A stretch of 64,000 nt of DNA from contig JACPJQ010000004.1 in the NCBI GenBank assembly GCA_016187465.1, positions 176,806 through 240,805 of the forward strand, read 5' to 3'. Origin of the DNA: Candidatus Woesearchaeota archaeon (GTDB lineage Archaea; Nanobdellota; Nanobdellia; Woesearchaeales; GW2011-AR4). The notes under the pieces were generated by a model. The model ran no database searches, was not told the origin of the DNA, and saw only the letters and a list, made by a program, of their open reading frames with translations. The position numbers were made by a program, and so were the translations under genes. This document shows positions 29,535-39,851 of the stretch, one piece after another (positions within the stretch are counted from its first letter, which is position 1; every line of letters starts with the position of its first letter).

Positions 29535-30677
29535 TCAACGATATCTTACATTATAATTTTTTGGAACTACCTGCCCTTTAATTTCAGGATTACATTGTCT
29601 TAGATTTTTTTCTGAAATTTTCTTCGACTTTACAATTTCATCAATTCTAGTTTGAGCTTTTGGAGTATACACCTGATTGCATGCCAAATGTTTTGTATTT
29701 TGGTCTAATTTTAGTCCATATTTTTCTGGATTGTCAAGCATACCTTTTACTGCAAGCACATATGGAACATAATTCTGGGTTTCTGCAGGATACTTTGATT
29801 TATTCAGCCAGAAGTTGAACTCCGGATCTTCCCCCAATAAAACTTTTGTTCTGTTTTGTCCGCCATTATATGCTGTTATCGCTAGTTGCGCTGATCTGAA
29901 ACCTAATGTCAATTTTGCAAGCCAATCCACAGCGGCATTAATTGAATAATCAGGATTCTTGGTCTGGTCAATTATCCCGTCAACTCTTAATCCAGCAACT
30001 TCAGTGGCCGTACCTTTCATCCATTGCATGTACCCGCTAGCGCCTTTAGGGGATACTAAATCTTTGCCTCCGCTTTCGATTGTTTCTACAGCAATTGTCA
30101 GATTGGGTGTAAAATCAGAATAATACTTAAGCAGAGAATATTTATTTTGGGCTTTTGTATGGGCATCTTCATGAATCCTTTTATGTCGTAATGCCCCATT
30201 AATCTTTGCTTCAAGGGATTTTTTATTCGTGAGCAATCTTTGTGCAGCATTTGAAATCTCTCCATGTTCCACTACTTTTGATTTAACATAAGGAAATGCA
30301 GTAAAAAGACTGGCTGCTAATGTGCCGCCAATTATTGCTTTTCCCCCCCATGCCATAGACCTTTTATACGGCGATCTTTTATCTTGCCAAATTGAATTTT
30401 TAATTGCGGTAAGTGCACCTCCGGCAATAACACCATCAACTGCAAATCTCTCCAACCACCTAATCGCCGGATACCCAAATTCACCGCCGCGAAGATATGC
30501 CCATTCAGCCCAAGAATTGAGATATTGGGGAGCTACATATTCGTTTAAGATCATGGCGCCTAAAGAACCGGCTGTTATTGCGATAGGATATTTGACATTC
30601 GGGTCTCTAGCAATCTTATGTCTAACTCTTCTCACACTATTCAACGTACGGGTTAAACTTTCTTTCACCTTTACCAT
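29535..30677 (-). CDS. membrane-anchored lytic transglycosylase (SLT/MltD-like) with LysM-like C-terminus
   Basis: IESGG, SPKGASGYMQWM, AYNGG, ETQNYVP; terminal ...EIVKSKKISEKNLRQCNPEI. Confidence 0.85.
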   Translation of the reverse strand: MVKVKESLTRTLNSVRRVRHKIARDPNVKYPIAITAGSLGAMILNEYVAPQYLNSWAEWAYLRGGEFGYPAIRWLERFAVDGVIAGGALTAIKNSIWQDKRSPYKRSMAWGGKAIIGGTLAASLFTAFPYVKSKVVEHGEISNAAQRLLTNKKSLEAKINGALRHKRIHEDAHTKAQNKYSLLKYYSDFTPNLTIAVETIESGGKDLVSPKGASGYMQWMKGTATEVAGLRVDGIIDQTKNPDYSINAAVDWLAKLTLGFRSAQLAITAYNGGQNRTKVLLGEDPEFNFWLNKSKYPAETQNYVPYVLAVKGMLDNPEKYGLKLDQNTKHLACNQVYTPKAQTRIDEIVKSKKISEKNLRQCNPEIKGQVVPKNYNVRYR

Positions 30678-30825
30678 TGTTGTATAGGGTATACTCTTTT
30701 AATATTTAAATTTTATTATTTTAAAGTAGTAACTTTAGATTGATGTGAAATCTTATTATCCTTTTTTTCTATATAGAAAATAACTATTAAATATATTTAA
30801 ATACTGAGGGCAAATAGTCGTTCAT

Positions 30826-31860
30826 ATGGCACTCTCAAAACAGCAGCTAGCTCAAATAAAGGACCACTTGGACAACTGCAAAAATCCATTATTCTTCTTT
30901 GATGATGACCAGGATGGATTATGCGCTTTCCTCCAATTGTATCGCTATAAAAAAGAAGGAAAAGGAATAATTGTCAAGACAACTCCAAAGCTTGGCACGG
31001 TTTTTGCGAGAAAAGTGCAGGAGTACCAGCCTGACAAGATATTCATCTTGGATTTGGCTGATGTAGAGCAGGAATTCTTGGATGAGATGAAAGTTCCTGT
31101 AATATGGATAGACCACCATGGCACTTCCGGAAAAGACAATGCAAAATACTTCAATCCACGCGTTTCAAACCCGGAAGATAATCAGCCAACCTCTTTTTTG
31201 TGTTATGAAGCAGTGCATCAGGATCTGTGGATCGCAGCTACAGGTTGCATAGCGGATTGGTTTATACCTCCCTTCATTAGTGAGTTTAAAAAAGAGTTTC
31301 CTGAGCTTATAGACGAGCCTTACAAGACTGTTGGCGACATAATCTACAACACAAAACTTGGGCATTTGATAAGGATATTCTCTTTTGTATTGAAGGGCAA
31401 AACAGACGAAGTAATGAAATCAATAAAAATCCTTGCAAGGGTAAAAAGCCCTTATGAGATTCTTAATCAGGAAACCGCTCAGGGCAAGTTTATTTACAAA
31501 AGATTCGAGCAGGCAAACAAATTGTACGAGCCTTTGATTAATGATGTTATGCAAACAGCAGACAAAACAAAAGACAGTTTCATAATCTATAAATATAAAG
31601 ACGACAAATCCAGCTTTACAAGCGACTTGTCAAATGAAGCAGTCTACAGGCATCCGGATAAGATTATATTGATCGCAAGGGAAAAAAATGACGAGATGAA
31701 ATGCTCTTTAAGATCAGGCAAAGTTGTTTTGCCTCCTTTGATTGATAAAGCATTGGTTGGGTTGGAAGGCTACGGCGGAGGGCATGAGCATGCCTGCGGT
31801 CTGAACATCAAAACAAGGGATTTTGAGGAATTTGTCAGAAGGTTTAAGGAAATGATTTGA
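30826..31860 (+). CDS. DHH/DHHA1 phosphoesterase (RecJ/NrnA-like)
   Basis: DDDQDG, ILD, IDHH, GGGHEHACG. Confidence 0.9.
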   Translation: MALSKQQLAQIKDHLDNCKNPLFFFDDDQDGLCAFLQLYRYKKEGKGIIVKTTPKLGTVFARKVQEYQPDKIFILDLADVEQEFLDEMKVPVIWIDHHGTSGKDNAKYFNPRVSNPEDNQPTSFLCYEAVHQDLWIAATGCIADWFIPPFISEFKKEFPELIDEPYKTVGDIIYNTKLGHLIRIFSFVLKGKTDEVMKSIKILARVKSPYEILNQETAQGKFIYKRFEQANKLYEPLINDVMQTADKTKDSFIIYKYKDDKSSFTSDLSNEAVYRHPDKIILIAREKNDEMKCSLRSGKVVLPPLIDKALVGLEGYGGGHEHACGLNIKTRDFEEFVRRFKEMI

Positions 31861-31905
31861 AATTGTAAAATTTTATATATAAATTCTTAATTCCATTAAA
31901 TTGCT

Positions 31906-32349
31906 ATGAATAAAAAATTAGCTGAAATTGTTCTGGGTGTCTCAGGGGGGCTTGCTGCACTCGTATCGGACTTAAATCACTCTAAACAAATAAATATATT
32001 ACATATACTTGATGAGACAAAACCGGTTATCCAGAGGTATGTTGGGTCAGATAATCCGCATAAACAATCATATTGGGTTGAATACAAAGCCCATGAAATT
32101 AGTGGCGATCAGGTGATTTTGTATGATTTTAAGTCTGAAGATAGTTTTTTATTTTTTCTGTTTACCACTAGCGGATCAGATGGAAGAGTGGATTTTGTAG
32201 TAAGATATAGGAAAAAAGGCGATTCTTACGAGACAACCTATCATAATCACGGCGATGAAGTCCAATGGCAGCCAATGTTAGATCAAATATTAAAATCAAA
32301 AAAAATAAAAGACCTATCACAGAAATCTAAACCCTCAAATTCTGGTTAA
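31906..32349 (+). CDS. hypothetical protein
   Basis: 147-aa ORF with N-terminal hydrophobic stretch and upstream TATA. Confidence 0.6.
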   Translation: MNKKLAEIVLGVSGGLAALVSDLNHSKQINILHILDETKPVIQRYVGSDNPHKQSYWVEYKAHEISGDQVILYDFKSEDSFLFFLFTTSGSDGRVDFVVRYRKKGDSYETTYHNHGDEVQWQPMLDQILKSKKIKDLSQKSKPSNSG

Positions 32350-32860
32350 TGAAGTTAATGATATCATCCTTCTCTTTGCTGGCCGATTCCTTGCTCCTTG
32401 CCCTTGAAGTGTATACATCAAAATTCTCCTTTTTGATTTTGGAGTTGACCCTGCTTATTTTGTCGTTGATTTTGTTCAGCCTTGTTATCACCATATTGAC
32501 CTTGTTTTTTATCTCATTTGGCAATGCCAGTACAAGCAGTTCGCTGCATTCATTGTTTACATAGAATATCTTGCTTCCCCCGAATGTTTTTTGCTCTTCT
32601 CTCAAAAAATCTTTCCATATGCCTGTATTCGATTCATTGCTTTTCTTAAGTTTCAGTACAAGCGCTTCCTTGTAAGCCTTCGATTTGATTAAATGCAGTT
32701 CGATTGAGTCATTGCCGGCTTCAATGTCATTCCTGAACCAAGAAATATGGGCATCGTCAATGCCATTAAATGTAGAATATTCAATGGCGCCTAAACTTCT
32801 ATCTATATCAATATGAGAAATAGTGTTCTTGTAATCCGGCTCCATGCCTACTACCCCCAA
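32327..32860 (-). CDS. hypothetical protein with C-terminal coiled coil
   Basis: Long ORF with host-like codon usage; start probably ATG at 32845. Confidence 0.6.
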   Translation of the reverse strand: MGVVGMEPDYKNTISHIDIDRSLGAIEYSTFNGIDDAHISWFRNDIEAGNDSIELHLIKSKAYKEALVLKLKKSNESNTGIWKDFLREEQKTFGGSKIFYVNNECSELLVLALPNEIKNKVNMVITRLNKINDKISRVNSKIKKENFDVYTSRARSKESASKEKDDIINFINQNLRV

Positions 32861-33215
32861 AGCTCCTTTTTTGTGTAATGTAGGCTAGGAAGTATAAATA
32901 TCTGTTGGTTGAAAGGCAATAGGTGGATGAAATTATTGGAGAAAAGCTTTTAAGTTCTATTTTTACTCATTGGAGAAGTGTGGAATATTGAAAAAGCTGA
33001 AAAGTTAGAGGACATCATAATCATTCATTATGTGAGCGATATAGGTTATACAAAGGATACTTGGTATGATATCGAACTTCTTAAAAAAATAAAAAGTAAA
33101 GAGGAGTATGAAACAATAATCTTTTATTGTGTGATTTCTGCTTTATCATAACAACCACAACGCACCACTACCATGAACAATAACCTTTAAATATCACCAA
33201 TAACGCTTCATTCTC

Positions 33216-36200
33216 ATGGAAGGGCAGGTTTCAAGCGATACCCAGGCAATGCCTCAGATAGCCATTGCGCAGGAGGCTGTAAAAGCCACAAGAATAAACA
33301 AGATGGTAATGCACGGCTTCAAGTCCTTCGCCAAGCACACCGAAATTCTGTTTGGAGGCAATTTCAACTGCGTCCTCGGGCCTAATGGCGCCGGTAAGTC
33401 TAACGTATTGGACGCTTTATGCTTTGTCCTAGGCAAATCCTCTTCTAGGGACTTAAGGGCGGAAAAATCAGCCAACCTGATATACAACGGCGGAAAGTCC
33501 AAAAAGCCCGCAAAACAAGGCGAAGTCAGCATTTATTTTGACAATTCCAGCAAGATTTTTCCAACAGAAGACGCTGAAGTCAAAATAACTAGGGTAGTAA
33601 GGCAGAACGGCCAGTCAATCTACAAGATTAATGACAAGGTAATGACCAGGCAGCAAATCACAAGCCTGCTTTCCTTGGCCAAAATAGACCCGGACGGCTA
33701 CAACATCATCCTTCAGGGCGACATTGTAAAGTTTGTTGAAATGCACCCTGATGAAAGGAGGGTGCTTATAGAAGATATTGCAGGCATATCAGTCTATGAG
33801 GAGAAAAAGCACAAGGCAATGCTCGAGCTTGATAAGGTTGAGCAGCATTTGAGGGAAACTGACTTAATTCTTACAGAAAGAAACACTTACTTGAAGGAAT
33901 TAAAGAAAGACAGGGACCAGGCATTGAAGTACAAGGACATGAGCGACAGGATAAAGCAGAACAAGGCTTCCTACTTGAAAATCCAGATAGACAAGAAAGA
34001 TTCTGAAAGGGGGGGAATACAGGAGAAAATAGGCTCCGGCAACAATGACCTGTCAGCTTTAAGGGAAAAAATATCCAAGATTAAGCAGGAGAATGACGAA
34101 AAGAAAAAGCAGATTGAAGCCATTTCAAAGGAAATTGAGGAAAAAGGCGAGACAGAGCAGCTCAAGCTCAACAAGGACGTTGAAACTTTAAAGATAGACC
34201 TGACTAAAAATACGTCAAGAATTGAAGCCTGCAAAAACGAATTAGATAAGATTAGCCAAAGAAGGAATGATTTAAAGAGCAGCATTGAAGACATAGAAAA
34301 AAGGATTGCGCAGCTTGCAAGCGAAAAGAATGATTACGAAGCCCAGACAGAAACAAAGAACAAGGACAGAGAGCTTATCAGCGGCAAAATCCTGAAGTTC
34401 AAGGAAAAGAACAAGCTCGACAGCGTTGCCGACATTGAAAAAAATGTTGAGGAAATCGACAGAAAAGCAGACGAGCTTCAAAAGGAAATAACCTCATTGA
34501 GGGAATCCCAGCATAATTCAATAAGGGAAAAAGACAGGATAAGCCATGAAATAAGCATCATAGAAGACAAGATAAAAAAAGTAATTGATGTTGAAAAAGA
34601 GCACAAGCAGCAGCTTGACGCTTTGAAAGACAGACGACAGATGTTCAAGACATCAACGCTTGAGCTTAACAAATGCCTTGACGAAGACTCAAGCTTTGCA
34701 GTGCAGCTTTCTGATGCGAGAAGAAGGCTCAACGTTGTAAATGAGGAACTGGCTAAGCTGCGCGCAAAAGATATAACCATCAAAGAGTTTGCAAGGGGAG
34801 ATTTGGCAGTCAAAAAGATACTTGAGCTTAAGGGCAAGCGGGAAGGGATTTACGGCACTGTTGCAGACCTTGGCAATGTAAGCTCAAAATACGCTGTTGC
34901 ATTGGAAGTTGCCGCAGGCCCCAGAATCAAAAGCATTGTTGTCGAAAATGACAGGCTGGCGGCAGAGCTTATTCAATACCTAAAGCAGAACAGGCTGGGG
35001 ACAGCAACATTTCTTCCATTGAACAAGATTAGTTCCAGGGAAGCAGGCGATGATGCAAAAAAGCTTGTCGGCGCAAAAGGAGTCCATGACTTGGCAATTA
35101 ATCTTGTGTCATTTGATCAGAAATTCAAGAAAATATTTTTATATGTTTTTTCCGACACAGTAATAGTTGATGACATACATGTCGCAACGCGCCTGGGCAT
35201 TGGAAAAGCAAAATTTGTGACTCTGGATGGCGATGTTGCAGAGTCATCCGGAGCAATGCACGGCGGATTCAGGGAGCGCAAAAAGGAAGCATACGGCTTT
35301 AAGGAAATGGAAGTGGCTGAAAGCATGGAAGCAAACGGGAAAAAAGCGCAGGAGCTTGAAAATCTGATATCAGTTCTTGACAGAAAAAGAGCTGAAAATG
35401 AAGCAAAAATAACAGAACTTCGGGAGAAAAAAGCAGTTCTTGAAGGGGAAATAATAAAGTCGGAAACTTCCATGCACTTGGAGTCAAGCGACACAGACAT
35501 CTCAAGGCAGCAGCAAAATGAACTTCAGGCAAGAGAAAAAGAAATTGACAATGAAATAAGCAAAATAAACAATAAAATTTCCGATTGCAACCGGGAATTG
35601 ACAAGCTTAAAGATTGAAAAGCAGAAATTGAGGAGCGAGATAGCGCAGCTTAACGATCCGATGCTTCTTGCAGAGCTGAACACATTCGAGCAGAAATTCA
35701 AGGAGCTTAGCGAGGAAATCATAAGGCTTGGCTCTGAAATAAAAAACATTGACGCGCAGATAATAAATATATTTTTGCCCGATAAGGAAAAGACAGAAAG
35801 AATCTTAAAGCAGCTTGACAAGGATGATAAGCATTTCAACGATGAAATGAAGAGGCTGCAGGAAGCAATAGCCCAAAAGGAATCTTTGCTAAATGAAAAG
35901 GAAAATCTTGCGAAGGAATTCTATGCAAAATTCAAGTCATTGTTTTCGAAGCAGGGCAAGATAAACGAGGAAATGCAGAAAAATGATGTTTCAATCGATA
36001 AATTAACTGAAGAAAGCCGGCAGGTTGAGATAAAGGTCAACTTTAACTCGCTGAAGAACGCTGAGATTGCAGCTTCATTGGCGGCATTAAACCAGGAGTT
36101 TGCCCAGTATGAAGGAGTAAAGCTGGACTTGGAGAAAACAGAGGAGCAGCTGAAAAGTGAAATCTCAAAGTTTGAAAGAATGAGGGAGGATATTGGCTCT

Positions 36201-36785
36201 GTCAACATGCGCGCTTTGGAAGTCTATGACGAAGCTGAAAGGCAGTACAACGAATTTTTGGACAAAAAAGAAAAACTGGGAATGGAAAAAGATGATGTCC
36301 TTGCCATGATGAACGAGATAGAAGGCAAGAAAAAAGAACTGTTCATGAAGACTTTTGAAGTTGTCAATGGCAATTTCCAGAATTTTTTTGGCATGCTTAC
36401 CACAAAAGGCGCAGAGGCTGCCTTGGTCCTGGAAAATGAGGAAAATCCGTTTGAGGCAGGAGTAAGGATAAACGTTAAGATAACCGGAAGCAAGTTCCTT
36501 GACATAAGGGGATTGTCAGGAGGCGAAAAGACACTTACTGCGCTTGCTTTCATTTTTGCTATTCAGGAGCATGAGCCTGCTTCTTTCTATGTCCTTGATG
36601 AAGTGGATGCTGCATTGGATAAGCACAACAGCGAGAAGCTTGCAAAACTGATCAGAAAATATGGAGAGAGGGCTCAATATATTATGATAAGCCATAATGA
36701 TAATGTTATTACTACAGCAGACATTCTTTACGGGGTTTCCATGAATGAAGACGGGATTTCACAGGTTGTGAGCTTGAAGATTTAG
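33216..36785 (+). CDS. smc: chromosome segregation protein SMC
   Basis: GPNGAGKSN, hinge region, LSGGEK, LDEVDAALD. Confidence 0.97.
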   Translation: MEGQVSSDTQAMPQIAIAQEAVKATRINKMVMHGFKSFAKHTEILFGGNFNCVLGPNGAGKSNVLDALCFVLGKSSSRDLRAEKSANLIYNGGKSKKPAKQGEVSIYFDNSSKIFPTEDAEVKITRVVRQNGQSIYKINDKVMTRQQITSLLSLAKIDPDGYNIILQGDIVKFVEMHPDERRVLIEDIAGISVYEEKKHKAMLELDKVEQHLRETDLILTERNTYLKELKKDRDQALKYKDMSDRIKQNKASYLKIQIDKKDSERGGIQEKIGSGNNDLSALREKISKIKQENDEKKKQIEAISKEIEEKGETEQLKLNKDVETLKIDLTKNTSRIEACKNELDKISQRRNDLKSSIEDIEKRIAQLASEKNDYEAQTETKNKDRELISGKILKFKEKNKLDSVADIEKNVEEIDRKADELQKEITSLRESQHNSIREKDRISHEISIIEDKIKKVIDVEKEHKQQLDALKDRRQMFKTSTLELNKCLDEDSSFAVQLSDARRRLNVVNEELAKLRAKDITIKEFARGDLAVKKILELKGKREGIYGTVADLGNVSSKYAVALEVAAGPRIKSIVVENDRLAAELIQYLKQNRLGTATFLPLNKISSREAGDDAKKLVGAKGVHDLAINLVSFDQKFKKIFLYVFSDTVIVDDIHVATRLGIGKAKFVTLDGDVAESSGAMHGGFRERKKEAYGFKEMEVAESMEANGKKAQELENLISVLDRKRAENEAKITELREKKAVLEGEIIKSETSMHLESSDTDISRQQQNELQAREKEIDNEISKINNKISDCNRELTSLKIEKQKLRSEIAQLNDPMLLAELNTFEQKFKELSEEIIRLGSEIKNIDAQIINIFLPDKEKTERILKQLDKDDKHFNDEMKRLQEAIAQKESLLNEKENLAKEFYAKFKSLFSKQGKINEEMQKNDVSIDKLTEESRQVEIKVNFNSLKNAEIAASLAALNQEFAQYEGVKLDLEKTEEQLKSEISKFERMREDIGSVNMRALEVYDEAERQYNEFLDKKEKLGMEKDDVLAMMNEIEGKKKELFMKTFEVVNGNFQNFFGMLTTKGAEAALVLENEENPFEAGVRINVKITGSKFLDIRGLSGGEKTLTALAFIFAIQEHEPASFYVLDEVDAALDKHNSEKLAKLIRKYGERAQYIMISHNDNVITTADILYGVSMNEDGISQVVSLKI

Positions 36786-37576
36786 CTATTATATTTTTTA
36801 ATTACATTGATATAATTTTTGTTCAATCCGCTTAGCCTGTAAATAACAACCTCTTCAACACCAATATCTTTCACTATTTTTAAGTCTCTTTTCAAATCTT
36901 CCACCTTCAAAATAGGCTCATTAACACCAATGCCTGTGGCTATTATGCCAAGCCCCACAATCAAATCTTTTCCAAAATATTTTTTGCCAATCTTAGTCTG
37001 ATTTTCTAGAAAACTTTCAACATTTGGGTGGTTTCTTAGCAAGCTAGTATAAAGCATTATAATCTTTTTATTGTTGTAAAATCTTGGGTCAAATGAAATT
37101 AAAAATAATTCGAATAATAATCTTCTAAAAAATCCGGATTCCAAAGGGTACTCAGAAGTTAGAATTTTGATATTGTATTTTCCGGCATTTCTAAAAAAAC
37201 TCAGTATTATCCTTCTATTTTTAAAATAATCAATGTAGTTTAGCAAATATTTCAAAATTGTTGATTTATAAAATGGTAGCTCTGCATCCCACATTACAGT
37301 CAAAGGCCTTTTATTTTGTTGCAGCTCGTTTATTATTCTTTTCAATGCGGAATTCTTGGTAAATGCTGAGAACCAGTAGCCTTCATCTTTGGCTAGAATG
37401 GGCCAGTACGCCACTTCTTTGACATTCCTGTTTTTGTATTGCCTAACATTATTTTGTATTGAATGGAATTCTTCCAAACTTTTTGCAGCAACAATCAATT
37501 TTGCAGGAAAACTTATTAATTTAATTTTATCAAGATTTTCTTTTGTTGGAAATTCCTCGTAAAAATCTATTTTCAT
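36782..37576 (-). CDS. hypothetical alpha/beta protein translationally coupled to GT2
   Basis: ATGA overlap with the glycosyltransferase gene; WDAE motif. Confidence 0.6.
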   Translation of the reverse strand: MKIDFYEEFPTKENLDKIKLISFPAKLIVAAKSLEEFHSIQNNVRQYKNRNVKEVAYWPILAKDEGYWFSAFTKNSALKRIINELQQNKRPLTVMWDAELPFYKSTILKYLLNYIDYFKNRRIILSFFRNAGKYNIKILTSEYPLESGFFRRLLFELFLISFDPRFYNNKKIIMLYTSLLRNHPNVESFLENQTKIGKKYFGKDLIVGLGIIATGIGVNEPILKVEDLKRDLKIVKDIGVEEVVIYRLSGLNKNYINVIKKYNS

Positions 37577-38271
37577 TTCCTATACCTCAGATCATACTTA
37601 AAAACATCACTTCTTATTTCCCCAAAAAGTAGCCTGTGTAAACCAGACAGCAAAAGCTTAAGCCCGACTTTAAGCCTTCCTTCTTTCTCGAATCTTCTCA
37701 TGGCAACATAGCTTTTTGCGCTTTTAAGGATCCTGAATTTGCCGTGTTTGCTGCATCTTTTTACGTAATCCATGTCCTCGCTCAGCTTTATTGTTTCATC
37801 AAAGCCTTTTACTTTTTTGAATATCCATTTTTTGCACATTATTCCGCTTCCTGAAGCATTCGGGTAAAAAAGCTGGGTCGAGAAAGTCCAGAGATTAAAT
37901 ACTGAAAGAAATATCTTATCCACAAGATTATTGCCCTGGGGATATATGCACAATCCCGCAACATCCAGCTTTCGCTTTTCAAATTCCTCAATTGCATTTT
38001 TTAAAAAATTATTATCAAACTGCACGTCTGCATCCAGAAAAAATAGAATATCACCTTTTGCTGCTTTCGCGCCATTGTTTCTGCCTATGCCGGGCAAACC
38101 GCCTTTCACAATCCTGCAGCCGTATTTTTTTGCTATTTGTTTAGTCGTGTCTTTTGAATCAGCATCAGCCACTATAACTTCATAATCTTTGTAAGCCTGC
38201 TTTTTTATGCAGTCTAATAATTTTGTCAGGTATTTTTCTTCATTGAGGGCAGGGATAATGATGCTTATCAT
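37573..38271 (-). CDS. glycosyltransferase family 2
   Basis: SIIIPALNEE, FLDAD, SEDMD. Confidence 0.92.
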   Translation of the reverse strand: MISIIIPALNEEKYLTKLLDCIKKQAYKDYEVIVADADSKDTTKQIAKKYGCRIVKGGLPGIGRNNGAKAAKGDILFFLDADVQFDNNFLKNAIEEFEKRKLDVAGLCIYPQGNNLVDKIFLSVFNLWTFSTQLFYPNASGSGIMCKKWIFKKVKGFDETIKLSEDMDYVKRCSKHGKFRILKSAKSYVAMRRFEKEGRLKVGLKLLLSGLHRLLFGEIRSDVFKYDLRYRK

Positions 38272-38360
38272 ATCCTTAAGTAATTGATTGAGGTTTATAA
38301 ATATGTTTGACGCCAAGAAAAAATCCACAAGATTTATAAACAGCTAATGTTTTTGCTATT

Positions 38361-39089
38361 ATGGAGTGGTATAAGTTGGGGCTAAGGAGAGAGTTTTCGG
38401 TTCACAAAAGAAAGACTGTGGAGTCTTTCGGATTTGTCAAGGCGGATATTTCTAGTGTTAACCTCAGCATAGAGCACATAAGAAACATGCTAACTGCAAT
38501 GGAATCAAAAATATCCATGCTTGAGAATGACTCAGCAGCTTTGCGCTCTTTGACTGAAAAATGCTCTTCAGACATCAATCTTCAGAAGAACAACAACTTA
38601 ACTTTATGGTCAAGAATTGAAAGCATAAACAAATTAATAGGAAGCGCTGTTGAATCATTGCAGTCATTCAAAAGCAAGATTGATAGCTTAATGTCAAAAA
38701 ACCAGCAAATGTCAAGTTCTATATTCAAAAATAATGAGTCAATAAAGAAAATATTGTCAGGCATGAATAAGCAGTCGCTCGCAACCAGAAAACTTAACTC
38801 TGCATTGCAAAAATCACAGCAGGAAGTTAAAAAATTCAAAAACCTTGTCAACAGAAAATCAAAAACCGCCAAGAGAGCAGATTCCGAGCTTGAAAAAAGG
38901 CTCAAGAGCCAGAACAAACGCTTTGTACAGCTAAACAGGAAAATAGAGGGAAAAAAGGCAACAAGGAAATCTTCAAGTAGAATTGTAAAAAAAGTAAAAA
39001 AAGCAGCGCCAAAAAGAAAAGCAGCAAAGAAAACTGCCACTAAAAAGAAGTTGGTTGAGATAATCACAACAAAGAAGTCTTTGATTTAA
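38361..39089 (+). CDS. coiled-coil protein with histone-H1-like Lys/Ala tail
   Basis: Heptad-like body; KKAAPKRKAAKKTATKKK tail. Confidence 0.7.
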   Translation: MEWYKLGLRREFSVHKRKTVESFGFVKADISSVNLSIEHIRNMLTAMESKISMLENDSAALRSLTEKCSSDINLQKNNNLTLWSRIESINKLIGSAVESLQSFKSKIDSLMSKNQQMSSSIFKNNESIKKILSGMNKQSLATRKLNSALQKSQQEVKKFKNLVNRKSKTAKRADSELEKRLKSQNKRFVQLNRKIEGKKATRKSSSRIVKKVKKAAPKRKAAKKTATKKKLVEIITTKKSLI

Positions 39090-39107
39090 TTCTTTTACAT
39101 AAATATA

Positions 39108-39288
39108 TGCGTCGGCCGGGATTTTCATTGAGCTAATTTTGAACCCGGATAGTCGGCTTACCTCAAGCTTGGAAGGCCGAAGTCATTTATGGCAGCCTTA
39201 TTTTAGTGGGCTTGACGAACGAAGTGAGGAAACCCACAGTTTTGGTCAAGCTTTTCCTAAAAGGTTGTAGCCATTAGACCACCGACGC
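39108..39288 (-). tRNA. tRNA-Gly(TCC) with three introns (39187-39268, 39159-39169, 39122-39137)
   Basis: Removing the BHB/BHL-bounded introns gives a 72-nt cloverleaf GCGTCGG...CTTCCAA...TTCAAAT...CCGACGC-A. Confidence 0.9.
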
Positions 39289-39344
39289 ACAAGTAAGGTT
39301 TTCTATGTATGTTTATAAAATTAATGATTTCAAGAAACTTAGTA

Positions 39345-39788
39345 TTAAATTTTATCTTTTTTGTAATAATATTTTGATATTAAAATTCCAATAAAAACTC
39401 CAATTAGTCCACCAATTATTAATCCATTAAAACCGAATAGTAACCAACCACCAAAAAGACAAATAAGAGCTACAGTAATAATCAGTTTCCAATTTAATCT
39501 TTTTTTGTCTTTAGAAGGTTTTTTGTATTTTCCATAAAGAAAACCTATTGTAAACCCGTATAACATTATTGATATAGGGACTGTTATCAGATAAGTTAAT
39601 CCACCAAACCCTTCACAAATTCCCTTACATAAAATAATGCCAATAGGGTCTATGTATGGTAGGTACAATAAAGGAAGGTACAGGTCATTATCATCAATTG
39701 CACCAGATCTGCCTAATTCAATAAATACTAAACCAATGGTAAGACTAATTAAAGTACTTATCAAGGCAAATTTCCATTTTTCATTCAT
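39345..39788 (-). CDS. hypothetical membrane protein
   Basis: Four hydrophobic segments, Gly-rich C-terminal helix. Confidence 0.65.
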   Translation of the reverse strand: MNEKWKFALISTLISLTIGLVFIELGRSGAIDDNDLYLPLLYLPYIDPIGIILCKGICEGFGGLTYLITVPISIMLYGFTIGFLYGKYKKPSKDKKRLNWKLIITVALICLFGGWLLFGFNGLIIGGLIGVFIGILISKYYYKKDKI

Positions 39789-39851
39789 TTTGAATTAACA
39801 AATATGTATTAATTTAAACTTTTCGGTAATCAACAAATTTAGAATTATTTT

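Noticed and set aside
32920-33151. Short plus-strand ORF fragments upstream of smc
   Set aside because: No recognisable motif or clear start; cannot support a gene or pseudogene call.
39205-39240. Hammerhead-like TGACGA...GAAAC in the tRNA intron
   Set aside because: Lacks the exact CUGANGA core and three stems, and lies on the non-transcribed strand.
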